DNA of 35,776 nt. It comes from a virus. Taxonomy: Duplodnaviria; Caudoviricetes. The stretch lies in the IMG/VR virus record IMGVR_UViG_3300037424_002776, positions 1 to 35,776 of that record, one strand, 5' to 3'. Of the stretch, positions 35,703 through 35,776 are shown in pieces. How positions within the stretch are numbered: position 1 is the stretch's first letter; each line of letters opens with the position of its first letter. The position numbers and the translations under genes were made by a program. A model generated the notes under the pieces. That model was not told the DNA's origin. It was given only the letters and a program-made list of their open reading frames with translations, and did not search any database.

Positions 35703-35728
35703 AACAATTTTTGTACATTTGCGTATAA
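35703..35728 (+). promoter_or_regulatory. AAC-N16-CGTAT promoter overlapping a TAnnTTTG element
   Basis: AACAatttttgtacatttgCGTATAA, with TACATTTG at 35714-35721; ATG at 35747. Confidence 0.8.
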
Positions 35729-35776
35729 TCATTAAATTGTGCAATTATGAAATTACTTTTCCCGTGTCATGAAATC

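Noticed and set aside
1-35776. Stop-codon recoding, as in some large phages
   Set aside because: Standard-code ORFs tile the window densely and recognisable enzymes are full length; TAA, TAG and TGA all end genes; only one internal TAA was seen
1-35776. Cellular Bacteroidota chromosome
   Set aside because: Host-like genes lack their usual neighbours (clpP without tig/clpX) and are mixed with homing endonucleases, virion-like genes and many short ORFans; a phage origin is more likely, though capsid and terminase genes are not in this window

Overview
AT-rich, gene-dense window that reads as part of a large (jumbo-type) tailed phage genome with a probable Bacteroidota host. Support for the host: a Bacteroidota-type RpoD lacking region 1.1, a Bacteroidota-like ECF sigma, a T9SS-like cargo protein, TAnnTTTG promoters and few Shine-Dalgarno sites. 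Support for a phage: unrelated host-like genes (dut, clpP, coaD, NADAR, ADP-ribosylglycohydrolase, N-terminally truncated clpB, DEDDh exonuclease, thg1, a CoaB-like fusion) mixed with short hypotheticals, free-standing homing endonucleases, a tail-tube-like gene and a glycine-repeat fibre gene. Three main observations come from reading the sequence. (1) Twelve copies of an ECF-type promoter motif, AAC-N16-CGTAT, with invariant spacing, each correctly oriented upstream of a gene. One copy sits in front of the operon encoding an unusual Zn-finger/degenerate-HNH/ECF-sigma fusion, and one in front of rpoD. (2) A circularly permuted two-piece tmRNA with a long tag ending in VAIAA. (3) An unannotated ~200-nt two-hairpin RNA with 12-bp loop-loop complementarity. 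All family assignments are by eye from motifs; no searches were run.
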